A stretch of 64,000 nucleotides of DNA. Origin: a virus. The position numbers were made by a program, and so were the translations under genes. Below are positions 21,922 to 32,367 of this stretch, one piece after another (position 1 is the stretch's first letter; the number at the start of each line of letters is the position of its first letter). The notes below the pieces were generated by a model. The model was not told the origin of the DNA, did no database searches, and saw only the letters and a program-made list of their open reading frames with translations. The stretch is from the IMG/VR virus record IMGVR_UViG_3300050821_023931, positions 1 to 64,000 of that record. One strand, written 5' to 3'.

Positions 21922-22362
21922 TTATTTTATTGTTATAGTTTTAGCCTTTTCAGGTTCGATTGTTTTTACTGGTATAATAATACTTAGTATTCCATCTTTC
22001 AATTCTGATGTAATATCTTCAACATCATACTCACCAGTAATAGTGAATTCAGCCTTACCTTTTGATGATTTAATCCATTCCTTTTGGATGAATTTTTTGT
22101 GCTCTTCAATGTCTTTTTTGTATTTTAGCCCTTCATCTTTTACTTCAACAGTAAGTATATCTTTGTCGATAGTAATTGAAATATTTTCTTTTTTTATACT
22201 TGGTGCAAGTATTTCAATTAAATAACTTGTCTCGTTTTGACTAACATTTGCTGGTAATCTTGCTTCTAACTCTTCTGTTAAGGCTTTCAAAAGCTCTTCT
22301 GTTAATTCTTCTCCGACTTTAAGAATTTTCTTCAAATCGAAATCTTTTAAACTGTATTTCAT
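21922..22362 (-). CDS. Small heat-shock protein Hsp20 (alpha-crystallin domain)
   Basis: ANVSQNETSYLIEILAPSIKKENISI...ITSELKDGILSIIIP...KTITIK; adjacent to dnaK. Confidence 0.85.
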   Translation of the reverse strand: MKYSLKDFDLKKILKVGEELTEELLKALTEELEARLPANVSQNETSYLIEILAPSIKKENISITIDKDILTVEVKDEGLKYKKDIEEHKKFIQKEWIKSSKGKAEFTITGEYDVEDITSELKDGILSIIIPVKTIEPEKAKTITIK

Positions 22363-22415
22363 GGTAGTATAATTTATTTTGTAATTGTTGGATTCAAATT
22401 GTTTGCCATATTAAT

Positions 22416-22441
22416 TTATATGACAAATTGTCCTAAAGTTT
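22416..22441 (-). promoter_or_regulatory. Bipartite promoter AAACTTT-N12-CATATAA (hsp20-dnaK)
   Basis: Exact 12-nt spacer. Confidence 0.7.
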
Positions 22442-22491
22442 TTATAAGGCCTGTAAAAATTACCTATATACTATAGAAAGAAAGTTTTTGT

Positions 22492-23439
22492 ATGATTCAC
22501 AATTTTGGTGATGATATTATTTTATATGAAGGTGATATGTTAGAATTATCACCTAAATATATCAAAGATTCCAGTGTTGAACTTTTGTTGGTAGACCCTC
22601 CGTACAATATTGGAAAAGATGGTAAAGATGGTTGGGATACTTTTGTTTCTGAGGCAGCATATTATGATTTTTTATCAAAAGTATTTAAAGAAGCTGATCG
22701 TATATTAAAACCTTCTGGTACAGTTTATATTTTTCATCAGAAATTTAAAGACTTGTGTTGGATACATGATCATCTGACAAAAGTGTACAAGTTCAATTTT
22801 AAGCAGTTGATCACTTGGAATAAAAAATTTAATGGGTGTCGGCTGGAAGGATATCTTGAGGGATATACATCACAAGTAAATAAGAATAGAAATTATCCAA
22901 CAATGTCGGAGAATATATTATTCTTTTCTAAACAGCCCGATCATTTTGAAAACCCATTTGTGAGAGTGATGAAAGAAAATATGAAAAAGTTAAACTTGAC
23001 TCAAACTCATTTAAGTAAACTTATAAAAACTAGGAATGGAAAAAAAAGTGGTTGGTCATCCACAAAACTAAACGGTAGACAACTTCCTACACGAGATCAA
23101 TGGAAAAAACTTTGTGAATATTTTCGGATAGAAGATAAGTACGACTTATTGATAAATATGTATGAAGAAGAAAGATATTATTTTTCTTGTCAGGGTGAGT
23201 TACACTCTGTATGGAATTATTCTATAGATTTTGATAGCTGGCATGTCTCAGCAAAACCGATTACTTTATATCAAAGTATTTTTCGTCATTCATATAGGCC
23301 TGGAAGTCTAATTGTTGATTTATTCTGTGGTTCGGGTAGTGTTATCGCTGCCAGTCTAAAAGAAGCTTGTAAATTAATCACTTTTGAAAATAAATCTGAA
23401 TATGTTAAAAATATAATATCTGATTTATTGGAAGATTAA
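22492..23439 (+). CDS. Beta-class N6A/N4C DNA methyltransferase with an inserted Xre-like HTH
   Basis: Catalytic DPPY near the N-terminus, SAM-binding DLFCGSGS near the C-terminus, HxxxKP motif; insert MKKLNLTQTHLSK...QLPTRDQWKKLC. Confidence 0.88.
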   Translation: MIHNFGDDIILYEGDMLELSPKYIKDSSVELLLVDPPYNIGKDGKDGWDTFVSEAAYYDFLSKVFKEADRILKPSGTVYIFHQKFKDLCWIHDHLTKVYKFNFKQLITWNKKFNGCRLEGYLEGYTSQVNKNRNYPTMSENILFFSKQPDHFENPFVRVMKENMKKLNLTQTHLSKLIKTRNGKKSGWSSTKLNGRQLPTRDQWKKLCEYFRIEDKYDLLINMYEEERYYFSCQGELHSVWNYSIDFDSWHVSAKPITLYQSIFRHSYRPGSLIVDLFCGSGSVIAASLKEACKLITFENKSEYVKNIISDLLED

Positions 23440-23456
23440 AAATTAAGATATATGTA

Positions 23457-25004
23457 ATGCCTAAACCAAGAGGATATTGGACTAAAGAAAAATGTCATAC
23501 AGAAGCCTTAAAATATAAAACAAGGAAAGAATTTGTTGAAAATGCTAAAAGTGCATATACATCAGCTTATAAAAATGATTGGATAAAGGATATTTGTTCT
23601 CATATGGAATATCATGGTACACGATTTATTCGTTGTGTTTATGTATATGAGTTTGTTGATAATTACGTTTATGTTGGTTTAACATATAATACTAAAAGAA
23701 GAGATAAAGAACATAAAAATGGTTTGAAAAGTGCTGTTTATAAACATATTAAAGAAACTGGGTTAATACCAAATTTCATACCAGGTGATTATATTCCCGT
23801 AGAAGAAGCACAAAAATTAGAAGGGGAAACAGTTCAGAAATATAAACTAAATGGTTGGTGTATATTGAACAAAGCAAAAACAGGTAATTTAGGTGGTAGT
23901 GTTTTAATATGGAACAAAGAAAAATGTGCTCAAGAAGCCCTAAAGTTTAATAGTAGAAATATTTTCAGAATAAATTCTAAATCATATAGAGCAGCTCTTG
24001 CAAACGGTTGGTTAAATGAAATTTGTCAACATATGACCGAAGGGAATAAACCAATAACTTATTGGACTAAAGAAAAATGTCATGAAGAAGCTTTGAAATA
24101 TAAACATAAAACAGTTTTTGAAAAATCATCTACTAGTGCTTATCGAGTTTCTTGTGAAAATGGTTGGTATAAAGAAATTTGTTCCCATATGGAAGTGATA
24201 ATTAAACCAGATGGATACTGGACAAAAGAAGCATGTAAAGAGGAAGCTGTGAAATACAAATCAAGAACAACATTCTTTAAAAACTCTATAAGTGCTTATA
24301 AAGCAGCTTATAGAAGTGGTTGTTTAAATGAAATTTGTCAGCATATGGTTTCAAACAAAAAACCTAATGGTTACTGGGGTAAAGAAAATTGTGCTGAAGA
24401 AGCTTTGAAATATAAATCAAGAAGTGAGTTTTATAAAAAATCTGGTGCTGCTTATAATTCAGCACATAAAAACAAATGGCTTGAAGAAATTTGTACACAT
24501 ATGGAATATTTACAAAAACCTAATGGTTTTTGGAATAAAGAACGTTGTCGAGAAGAAGCTTTGAAATACAAAAATAAAAATGAATTTATTATATCATCCA
24601 AAGCTGGTTATTCTAAAGCATCTAAAAATGGTTGGTTAGACGAAATATGTTCTCATATGATATCAATAAGAAAATTTAGTGGTTATTGGACATATGATAA
24701 ATGTAAAGAAGAGGCTTTGAAATACAATACAAAGAATGATTTTTATATAAATTCAAAGGGTGCTTATCTATCAGCTTATAGAAAGGGATGGTATGAAGAA
24801 ATATGTTCTCATATGGTTTCACCATTAAAACCAAATGGTTACTGGACATACCAAACATGTAAAGAAGAGGCTTTGAAATACAAAACAAATGTAGAATTTA
24901 GAAAAAAAATGTCTGGGGCTTACAATGTAGCTTATAAAAACAGTTGGTTAGATGAAATATGTTCTCATATGATTCCACCAAAAAATAAAAGAAAATCTAA
25001 ATAA
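23457..25004 (+). CDS. GIY-YIG endonuclease with eight ~52-aa tandem repeats (1 + nuclease + 7)
   Basis: CVYVYEF..NYVYVGLT..KRRDKEH...E...LNK; repeat KPxGYWTKExCxEEALKY...AYxxA..NGWLxEICSHM. Confidence 0.85.
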   Translation: MPKPRGYWTKEKCHTEALKYKTRKEFVENAKSAYTSAYKNDWIKDICSHMEYHGTRFIRCVYVYEFVDNYVYVGLTYNTKRRDKEHKNGLKSAVYKHIKETGLIPNFIPGDYIPVEEAQKLEGETVQKYKLNGWCILNKAKTGNLGGSVLIWNKEKCAQEALKFNSRNIFRINSKSYRAALANGWLNEICQHMTEGNKPITYWTKEKCHEEALKYKHKTVFEKSSTSAYRVSCENGWYKEICSHMEVIIKPDGYWTKEACKEEAVKYKSRTTFFKNSISAYKAAYRSGCLNEICQHMVSNKKPNGYWGKENCAEEALKYKSRSEFYKKSGAAYNSAHKNKWLEEICTHMEYLQKPNGFWNKERCREEALKYKNKNEFIISSKAGYSKASKNGWLDEICSHMISIRKFSGYWTYDKCKEEALKYNTKNDFYINSKGAYLSAYRKGWYEEICSHMVSPLKPNGYWTYQTCKEEALKYKTNVEFRKKMSGAYNVAYKNSWLDEICSHMIPPKNKRKSK

Positions 25005-25056
25005 ACTTACTTTTAACTTCTGAACAGAATACATATATAAAGACTTTGTCTGATAT

Positions 25057-25419
25057 ATGGTGAAAGAGGACTTAAATAACTTCAAAGATATAGTAAAGCC
25101 TTTCGTGAGTTATTTTAAATCTCTAGTAGATCATGATGATTATCTTATACTTTATAGAAAATGGGCTCTTTGTAATTTAAATCTTGATACACTCATTGAT
25201 GTGATAGGTGACACAAATCAAGAAATAAAAGTACAAACACCTCTTAAAGTTCTTCTTGATTATTACAGATTTTTTGAAATTAAAAACAAACTTTTTCTAA
25301 CTGATTTATCTATTTCTGAATTACAAACTAATTGGATTAAACTATTAGAATACAGAAATATATGTATAAAAAATACTATTCTAATGAATCTTTATTATCA
25401 TGATTCGTTAGATCTTTAA
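25057..25419 (+). CDS. Hypothetical protein
   Basis: 120-aa ORF with ATATATAA upstream. Confidence 0.6.
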   Translation: MVKEDLNNFKDIVKPFVSYFKSLVDHDDYLILYRKWALCNLNLDTLIDVIGDTNQEIKVQTPLKVLLDYYRFFEIKNKLFLTDLSISELQTNWIKLLEYRNICIKNTILMNLYYHDSLDL

Positions 25420-26152
25420 TTCGAACCATCCAATTTTTCTGTCCCCTTTTTTCTAACTCAAATCCAGGCACAAACTTTTTTGTCATAAATTTAACCAATG
25501 TTGTTTTAGCTGCTTTTAAATTAGAGTAATGATGTCCAACGGTTTCAACCATAAGATTAAATTCGTATTCATCTTTATCTTTTAAAAATTCATTGATTCT
25601 ATTAATGGTACCTTTGAATACAGTAAAAAATTCTCCTTTGTTATTACCAGCTATTGACTCTTTTTGTTCTTCATAAACATTGGGAAGTTTATATCTAGGT
25701 TGTTTTGGTTCCGGATCATGACGAACTTTTATGGTTTGTCCAAAAAAGAATTCATCTTCACTCATTACACCATACCAATCTTTATTTCTTCTTAAATCAA
25801 CTTCAATTAAACCAATATCAAGGAAATCTTTACATATAGAAGCTGCTAATTCTAAATCGCTGTGATCTTTCTTTTGTATATAAAACATAGGTACAACGAC
25901 TGATACCTTATGTAAATGTTTTGACCAATTGTTTGCTTGACATATTACTTTAAAGCAAAAAGATGATTTAACTTCTAATCCCCAAAATATACCATCTTTT
26001 ACCGCTAAAATATCTATTCTTTTATCACCACCGGTTCCACTCATAGATACTTCCTTGTAAACGGTCCAACCAAGAAACTCTAAATATTTTACGGCTCTAG
26101 CAGCCAAGTCAGATTCCGTAAATTTTGCTGTTTTCTTAATTTTAGCTGACAT
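25376..26152 (-). CDS. PD-(D/E)xK superfamily nuclease
   Basis: E...VYKEV...RIDILAVK..WGLEVKSSF...QA. Confidence 0.7.
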   Translation of the reverse strand: MSAKIKKTAKFTESDLAARAVKYLEFLGWTVYKEVSMSGTGGDKRIDILAVKDGIFWGLEVKSSFCFKVICQANNWSKHLHKVSVVVPMFYIQKKDHSDLELAASICKDFLDIGLIEVDLRRNKDWYGVMSEDEFFFGQTIKVRHDPEPKQPRYKLPNVYEEQKESIAGNNKGEFFTVFKGTINRINEFLKDKDEYEFNLMVETVGHHYSNLKAAKTTLVKFMTKKFVPGFELEKRGQKNWMVRIKDLTNHDNKDSLE

Positions 26153-26209
26153 CTATATTTTTAATGTTTCTTTATATAGAAAGCTCATATGGTTCCAAAA
26201 GTTATTTTT

Positions 26210-26218
26210 AATATATAC
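26210..26218 (+). promoter_or_regulatory. Putative late promoter AATATATAC
   Basis: Upstream of the tail sheath gene. Confidence 0.55.
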
Positions 26219-26238
26219 TTTCAAACTTTCTAAAATTA

Positions 26239-29200
26239 ATGGCTATTAACATTGCTGATTATGGTGATCCTGGTATAATTATAAACGAAAAGGATTTTTC
26301 TCTATATACGATTTCAGGTTCTGATAATAACGTAACTACGCTTATTATTGGTGTTAGTCGTCAAGGACCTATGAATCTACCTATTCAAGTTAATTCTCCA
26401 GAAAATTTTGAGGAGATCTTCGGATCGTTAGACCGGACTTTGGAGAGAAAAGGATCATTCTTTCATCAAACCGTTGAAAACTTACTAGCTAGTGGTTCCA
26501 CTGTTACTTGTATCAATCTTTTATTGACAGACCCCCAATTTGATTTATATAATTGGATGTCTTTCTCAACGACAGCTTTTGTTCAAAATTCACCTGTTCG
26601 TAGTAATGCTGTAGATAGTTTTTATGATAAGAGAGGATTCTGGAAAAGATCTCCGGATCAATTATTAACGGTAGCAAATAATAGTTCGGTTGATGCAAAC
26701 CCGAGACTTTTTAACCTAGTCAATATGGGTGGTAAGGCTGTATCAGTTCTTATCAGACAATCGGCAAACAAAAATTTTGATATTACTTTAGAAGATTGGT
26801 ATGGTGGTCGTCATTTGGTACCTAATTATCTTCATCCACTAGATTTTGTTTCAGATTACCTGGTAGAAATGTTTGTTTTTGAGGGAAGATGGGATAATTA
26901 TAGAGTATTATCAACAGATCCTAAATTAGGTAAATACTTTAATTCTAATGGTCTTAAAAAAGAACTAATTCAAAATTTTGTAAATGAAAAAAGTTCTAAT
27001 TTTATACAAAGATATGAAGGAACTTTTATTCCATATTTTGCTGATATTAAAGGTAATGATATGTGGCTTCCTAGTCTTGTTAATGATGATATTGATACAT
27101 TAGGTATTTTAGTAGTCCAGGATATAGATAAGTTTGAAATGAGTAATCCATCTGATTATATGGTTGATATTCTTGGGGCCAGTCTTGAAGAAAATAGAAC
27201 TGATGTAATAGATTTCCTTTCATATAAAGAAAATATTGTTGATTTACTTGTTTTAGATGAGATGATGGTCGATCAGATTGGTAATGATTTTGGTTTTGAT
27301 TTAACAGGTTATTTAGGTTCTACTTCTGGAACTTATTATGCAGGAAGAAGGATTGGTTATGCTGAGGGGTATGTACAAGGTTGTCGTCTAAAACCTCTTA
27401 TATTAAGTTCTACTGGAACAGTAACTGTTAATCCGTTCGATTGTGATACTGAAGCTTATGTTATTTTTAAAGGTCAACAATTTACTTTAAGTGATGATAT
27501 TAGTTATGTATTTGCCTTGCATGAAAACATATCAACGAACATGCAAGCTTTGATGTTGTTTTATGTAGACATTACTGGTATTCATATGACTATTGGTGCT
27601 CAATCTTCTATAAATGGATCTATGAAATTTCCTTATATGGATCCTGACAACACGTTAGTCCTTGGATATTATAGATTTTATCAGATTGGTTTACAGTATT
27701 ACATAGAACTTCCTGTAGGAGTAACAATAGATATTAATGGTTTTATATTACCGTATAGATTAGGTAGTGAGACAGCACCAAAGATACATTTTCAAGATGT
27801 TCCGTATGCTTGGCAGATTAATTTATATTTTGAAAATGTAAAAACAGTTACTGGATACGATTATAATGTTAACCGAATATATTATTTATGGTCCATATTA
27901 TCACAAAAGTTAGTTCAGAAAGTATCCATGGTTCTTGATGTAAATAGTAATAAGAAAGTTATTAATTTTATTGAACCTGGTGATGATAATACAGGAAGAT
28001 GGCTTAGAATAGGTGTGCTCGATACAACAGCAAATATTAGAGATACTATTTCTGTGAATTTAGAATTAGCTATTTATTTTGCTGACGTTGATTTTATATT
28101 CCAAGATGAAAATATATTAAGAACTACAGATAATCCATTTGTGATTGGTCAAGATGGTATCGTGGGTAGAGACAGTATGCTTTATCAAGCTTATAAGCAG
28201 AGTTTTGTTAATACTGGTGATCACTTCTTTTTAGAATTGGCTACTGAAATTAATACACAGTTTATTTTTGATAATGGTAATAATTTGCTTGTGTTACAAA
28301 CGGGACCTATTGAAAATTATCTCAATCTTAAAATATTTGTATACGGTTCACAATATAACGATGGTGAGTTTAATGTTATTGGAGAGACTTATTATAATAA
28401 TTATTATGCTTTGGTTTTAGATAAACCTATTGTTGCTGAATCTGTGGCGGAATTAGGAATTTTTGATGCTTCAGTTTTACAGTATTTAAATTTGTATATG
28501 GTAAATGATATACTTTATGCTGACTATAAAGTTGATCCTAACCAAACTGAAGTTTTTCAAAATATAGTTAAACCAAACAATCCTAATAGTTTTAGAAAAA
28601 CTGTTGAGATACAGCAAATACTTAATAACAACATAATACTTGTAGATGCTACTAAATATGTTAATTTATTAAATGTTGGTGATTTCTTACTAGCTGATAC
28701 AACTAGTGATCCATTTTACAGCGAACAAGGCTTTAGAAAAAGGGATTGGGTTAGAATTATTGATATTGTAGCTTATGCACAAAATACTAGTTGGTTGTTA
28801 ATTGAAGCTGATGCTGCTATTAATATAACTAATCTTAATGGTAGTCTTCAAACTACAGGTTTTGTAAAAGTTGAAAATTATGTGAATACTTATAATTTAC
28901 ATACATTCGATGGTTTTAAAGTAAGACCAGAATCTATGCCGGATGGTACAGAAACAAGACTTAACGATATTCTTAATTTAGTTGCTCCAGGAACTAAATT
29001 GTTCGATCAAATTACTGATCCAGAGATATTGGAATGGCGATATTTGGTAGATTCGTTTGGTCTTGGACTTACAACAAATTGTAAACAACAATTGGCTGAC
29101 ATTTGTGGGGCAAAAACATTAGGTTTAGGCTTCCTGAATTTACCTTCTGCAAAAAGTTTTAAAAAATCAACAAGTCCAACATTTACAGATCCTACCTATG

Positions 29201-29943
29201 GTAATCTTTCTATTCAGCAAATAGTTAATGGTGGTTCAAGGGTTACTTCGGGAAGTTTCCAATTTGGTTTAGCTGATGGTGTAGGTATAAGTAATGTTGC
29301 TTATTTCTTCCCTTATGTTATTATCAATGATGATGGAAGGCCATCTTTTGTTCCTCCGGCCAGCTTTGCTGCTAGTTTATTCTTATCAAAATATACTACT
29401 AGAGATAGTCAAATTACACCATGGACGATTATGGCTGGTGCTGATCGAGGATTTATAGCTGGGATAGCTGGTACAGAAATGGAGTTTACACAAAACGATT
29501 TGAATCTATTAAATCTATTAAGAGTAAATCCTATACAAACACATCTTACTAAATTCTATGCTATAGCCTCTGATAACACAGCTGAATCTAAGAATAGTGT
29601 TTTAGGTAATATACATGTTCGTGAGGCTTTAATAAGTTTAGAAAGTTCATTAAGATCAATGCTTAAATCTTTCCAATGGAAATTCAGTATACCTTCAGTA
29701 CGAGCTGAAATTCTTAGACAAGCTAATAATATATGTCAGAATTATTTTACACAAAATGCTATAGCTAATTATAAAAATATATGTGATGAAACGAATAATA
29801 CACCAGATCTTATTGATGCACAGATAGGTGTTTTGGATACTTTTGTTGAACCAATAGCTGGAATGGGAACGATTGTTTTAAATATTGGTGTTGATAAAAC
29901 TGGCGGAATTCAAGTAAATGAGACAACTTCACAAATTTTTTAA
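26239..29943 (+). CDS. Tail sheath protein, T4 gp18-like, with large insertions
   Basis: PGIIINEKD...IGVSRQGPMNLP...FEEIFG N-terminus; C-terminus IHVREALI...NICDETNNTPDLID...DTFVEP. Confidence 0.9.
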   Translation: MAINIADYGDPGIIINEKDFSLYTISGSDNNVTTLIIGVSRQGPMNLPIQVNSPENFEEIFGSLDRTLERKGSFFHQTVENLLASGSTVTCINLLLTDPQFDLYNWMSFSTTAFVQNSPVRSNAVDSFYDKRGFWKRSPDQLLTVANNSSVDANPRLFNLVNMGGKAVSVLIRQSANKNFDITLEDWYGGRHLVPNYLHPLDFVSDYLVEMFVFEGRWDNYRVLSTDPKLGKYFNSNGLKKELIQNFVNEKSSNFIQRYEGTFIPYFADIKGNDMWLPSLVNDDIDTLGILVVQDIDKFEMSNPSDYMVDILGASLEENRTDVIDFLSYKENIVDLLVLDEMMVDQIGNDFGFDLTGYLGSTSGTYYAGRRIGYAEGYVQGCRLKPLILSSTGTVTVNPFDCDTEAYVIFKGQQFTLSDDISYVFALHENISTNMQALMLFYVDITGIHMTIGAQSSINGSMKFPYMDPDNTLVLGYYRFYQIGLQYYIELPVGVTIDINGFILPYRLGSETAPKIHFQDVPYAWQINLYFENVKTVTGYDYNVNRIYYLWSILSQKLVQKVSMVLDVNSNKKVINFIEPGDDNTGRWLRIGVLDTTANIRDTISVNLELAIYFADVDFIFQDENILRTTDNPFVIGQDGIVGRDSMLYQAYKQSFVNTGDHFFLELATEINTQFIFDNGNNLLVLQTGPIENYLNLKIFVYGSQYNDGEFNVIGETYYNNYYALVLDKPIVAESVAELGIFDASVLQYLNLYMVNDILYADYKVDPNQTEVFQNIVKPNNPNSFRKTVEIQQILNNNIILVDATKYVNLLNVGDFLLADTTSDPFYSEQGFRKRDWVRIIDIVAYAQNTSWLLIEADAAINITNLNGSLQTTGFVKVENYVNTYNLHTFDGFKVRPESMPDGTETRLNDILNLVAPGTKLFDQITDPEILEWRYLVDSFGLGLTTNCKQQLADICGAKTLGLGFLNLPSAKSFKKSTSPTFTDPTYGNLSIQQIVNGGSRVTSGSFQFGLADGVGISNVAYFFPYVIINDDGRPSFVPPASFAASLFLSKYTTRDSQITPWTIMAGADRGFIAGIAGTEMEFTQNDLNLLNLLRVNPIQTHLTKFYAIASDNTAESKNSVLGNIHVREALISLESSLRSMLKSFQWKFSIPSVRAEILRQANNICQNYFTQNAIANYKNICDETNNTPDLIDAQIGVLDTFVEPIAGMGTIVLNIGVDKTGGIQVNETTSQIF

Positions 29944-29962
29944 AATATTTTTTATTTTTTAT

Positions 29963-29988
29963 AAACTTTAATTGGATAGCCTATATAA
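29963..29988 (+). promoter_or_regulatory. Bipartite promoter AAACTTT-N12-TATATAA (gp32)
   Basis: Exact consensus. Confidence 0.75.
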
Positions 29989-30064
29989 ATATCACAAGGA
30001 ACATGTTCGCTGCCCCTAATTAAGGCCCTTTGGTAAATAACAAACATATAAACAATTAAATACT

Positions 30065-31078
30065 ATGAGTAAAGATCTATTTCGCTTAGACGCAAAGAAA
30101 ACAACAAATTTTACGGAACAAAAAAGTTTCGTACCAGAAGGTATTTATAAACCTTCTACAAAAACAGCTAAAGATGCACGTGAGGGTTATTCTTCAATAA
30201 TCAGATTACTGCCTAATTTCACACAGAAAAAAGAAGTAGAGGATAATGCGATTCGTATTACTACTTTCTATGTAAACATAGAAGAATATCCGGAACTTAA
30301 CGGAAAGATTTTTTCTAAAACAAACTTCGCTGAAAAATGTCCTCTTGGTACTCTTTACAAAAGATTAAAAGATAGTAAAAGTAGTGAGGATAATGATAAA
30401 TGTGATTTATTCAAAAAATCTACTAAATATTATTCTTATATTCTTGTAATAGAGGATGAAAATGCTCCTGATCTTGAAGGTAAAGTATTGATTTGGGAAT
30501 TTGGTATCAAAATAAAAGAGAAAATCGATATTGAAATGAAGGGTAAAAACAGAAAAAAAGAATCATGTAATGTATATGATCTTGCTGTTGGAAAAGATCT
30601 TCAAATTCTTATCACTGGTGCTGGTCAAATGACTAATTATGATAAATGTGTATTTGTTGAACAACCATCACCTATTTTCTTAAAAGGAAAAGGTGTTATA
30701 CCAACTGAAGAAGACGAAGATGGTAGAGTTATTATTGCTCAAGATATGCAAGAACCTCTTGTTAAATTTCTTCTTAAAAGAAAGAAAAATTTAGAAGAAT
30801 TAGCACCTATTCCATGGGATGATGAAATGGTTGATAAAGTAAATCAAGTAATGGAATACTTGAATGGTTCTACACCAATTGCTTCAGCCAAACAATCAAT
30901 CAAGCAAGTTTCTTCTAAAAGAACAGTTGTTATTGATGACGAAGATGATGCTGATGCACCTGTTGAAAAACCTAAAGCTACAGCGAAAGCGAGTACTAAA
31001 GTAAATACTTCTACAGCAAAAGCTACAATGACAGCCAATCAATTCTTTGGTGATCTTGATGATGAGGATGATGAATAG
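30065..31078 (+). CDS. Single-stranded DNA-binding protein, T4 gp32-like
   Basis: IIRLLP, CPLG, YYSYILVIED..PDLEGKVLIWEFGIKI, NYDKC.F; acidic C-terminal tail. Confidence 0.9.
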   Translation: MSKDLFRLDAKKTTNFTEQKSFVPEGIYKPSTKTAKDAREGYSSIIRLLPNFTQKKEVEDNAIRITTFYVNIEEYPELNGKIFSKTNFAEKCPLGTLYKRLKDSKSSEDNDKCDLFKKSTKYYSYILVIEDENAPDLEGKVLIWEFGIKIKEKIDIEMKGKNRKKESCNVYDLAVGKDLQILITGAGQMTNYDKCVFVEQPSPIFLKGKGVIPTEEDEDGRVIIAQDMQEPLVKFLLKRKKNLEELAPIPWDDEMVDKVNQVMEYLNGSTPIASAKQSIKQVSSKRTVVIDDEDDADAPVEKPKATAKASTKVNTSTAKATMTANQFFGDLDDEDDE

Positions 31079-31099
31079 TCTCTAGTAAAAAGTAATTTA

Positions 31100-31140
31100 A
31101 CAAAAAAGGAATGTTTTATTAAAAAACATTCCTTTTTTGT
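31100..31140 (+). terminator. Intrinsic terminator after the SSB gene
   Basis: 18-bp inverted repeat ACAAAAAAGGAATGTTTT/AAAACATTCCTTTTTTGT. Confidence 0.8.
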
Positions 31141-31145
31141 TTGAC

Positions 31146-31170
31146 AACTTTAAGCAGTTTAGCTATATAA
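31146..31170 (+). promoter_or_regulatory. Bipartite promoter AACTTT-N12-TATATAA
   Basis: Same spacing as the other copies. Confidence 0.7.
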
Positions 31171-31191
31171 ATAAAAAGAAAAACTTGTAAT

Positions 31192-32361
31192 ATGTATTAT
31201 AAATATAAGTTCGATGGAAAAGGTGAACCTAAAAAAATTATTAGAGAAGAAGGTGACTCTTATATAATGAGTGATGGTGCTCATATAAAAAAAGGACTTT
31301 TCGAAACGTTATTCACTAAATATGAAGGTAATATTAATGAATCAGTATCTATGTATCCTAATAATAACAATTTGAGAAATACTGGATTACCTGTAATTCA
31401 TAATGCTGGAATGATAGATGATGATTCACCTATAGATCCAGATACTTTTTTCAAACAGGGTGCTGTACAAATGCATAGTAGAATTGAATATGATAAAAAC
31501 AATTTAGATAATCCTAATTATCAAAATAAAATTAAACAGGAATCAAGAGACTTAGGTTCTATTGTATTAGATGAAAATGCTAGACATAAACTATACAACA
31601 ATACTATTCCTAATCTGAATGTGCAAGTAGGTCATTCTACTGATAGTGTAGTAAATCCTAATGAGTATGTATCACCTTATGGTTCAAATGTACAAAATAT
31701 AAAAAAGAGCCAACTTAATCCAATGGCTATGGACCCAATGTTTTCGGATGCTAAAATTGAAGGCTCTGTTAAAACAAATAATCCTGGATCTGTAATGCCT
31801 ACTGTTAACAGCAGTACATATCAACAAGATTTATATCTACAACAGCAACAGAATCAACAATCTTTTCAGAATCAACAGTCTGTTCAGAATCCTCTTTTTA
31901 AAAAAATGAAGAGAAAACATTCACATACATTTTCTATTAAATATACTAAGTTTATAGCAGATCCTGATTTTATTAAAATAATGGATTCTAATATGGAAGA
32001 TAGTTTAGTTGAATTATTTGCTGAGGAATTTACAAATGAGGTGATGAAAGATCGTGCTACTATTAAACAAATGTTTATTGATGAGCTTGAACTTGTTGTG
32101 TATGGTAAGAAAAAGACTAAACCAAAAAAGATAGTTACTAAAAAATCGAAAACCGTTGAAATTGAAACGGAAAAGGAAACTGAAGTAACAATTGTTGAGT
32201 CTAAAAAAGATTTAAATATAGATCCTATTTCAGGTAAGAGATTTGCACCAGTCGACCCAAGATATGCTCATTTGAATTTACCACCAGTTCTCGAAGATGA
32301 CGATGATGATGGGACTACAGTTACAATATTAAATGAAGGAATGTCAGAAGAATTAGAATAA
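31192..32361 (+). CDS. Hypothetical protein, largely low-complexity (N/Q-rich)
   Basis: 389 aa; carries the YVSPYGS...DPMFSDAKIE motif shared with 53042-54034. Confidence 0.7.
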   Translation: MYYKYKFDGKGEPKKIIREEGDSYIMSDGAHIKKGLFETLFTKYEGNINESVSMYPNNNNLRNTGLPVIHNAGMIDDDSPIDPDTFFKQGAVQMHSRIEYDKNNLDNPNYQNKIKQESRDLGSIVLDENARHKLYNNTIPNLNVQVGHSTDSVVNPNEYVSPYGSNVQNIKKSQLNPMAMDPMFSDAKIEGSVKTNNPGSVMPTVNSSTYQQDLYLQQQQNQQSFQNQQSVQNPLFKKMKRKHSHTFSIKYTKFIADPDFIKIMDSNMEDSLVELFAEEFTNEVMKDRATIKQMFIDELELVVYGKKKTKPKKIVTKKSKTVEIETEKETEVTIVESKKDLNIDPISGKRFAPVDPRYAHLNLPPVLEDDDDDGTTVTILNEGMSEELE

Positions 32362-32367
32362 TATAGT

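Noticed and set aside
23457-25004. CRISPR array suggested by ~156-nt periodic repeats
   Set aside because: The repeats are in-frame, degenerate at codon third positions and encode protein; there are no cas genes or repeat-spacer structure.
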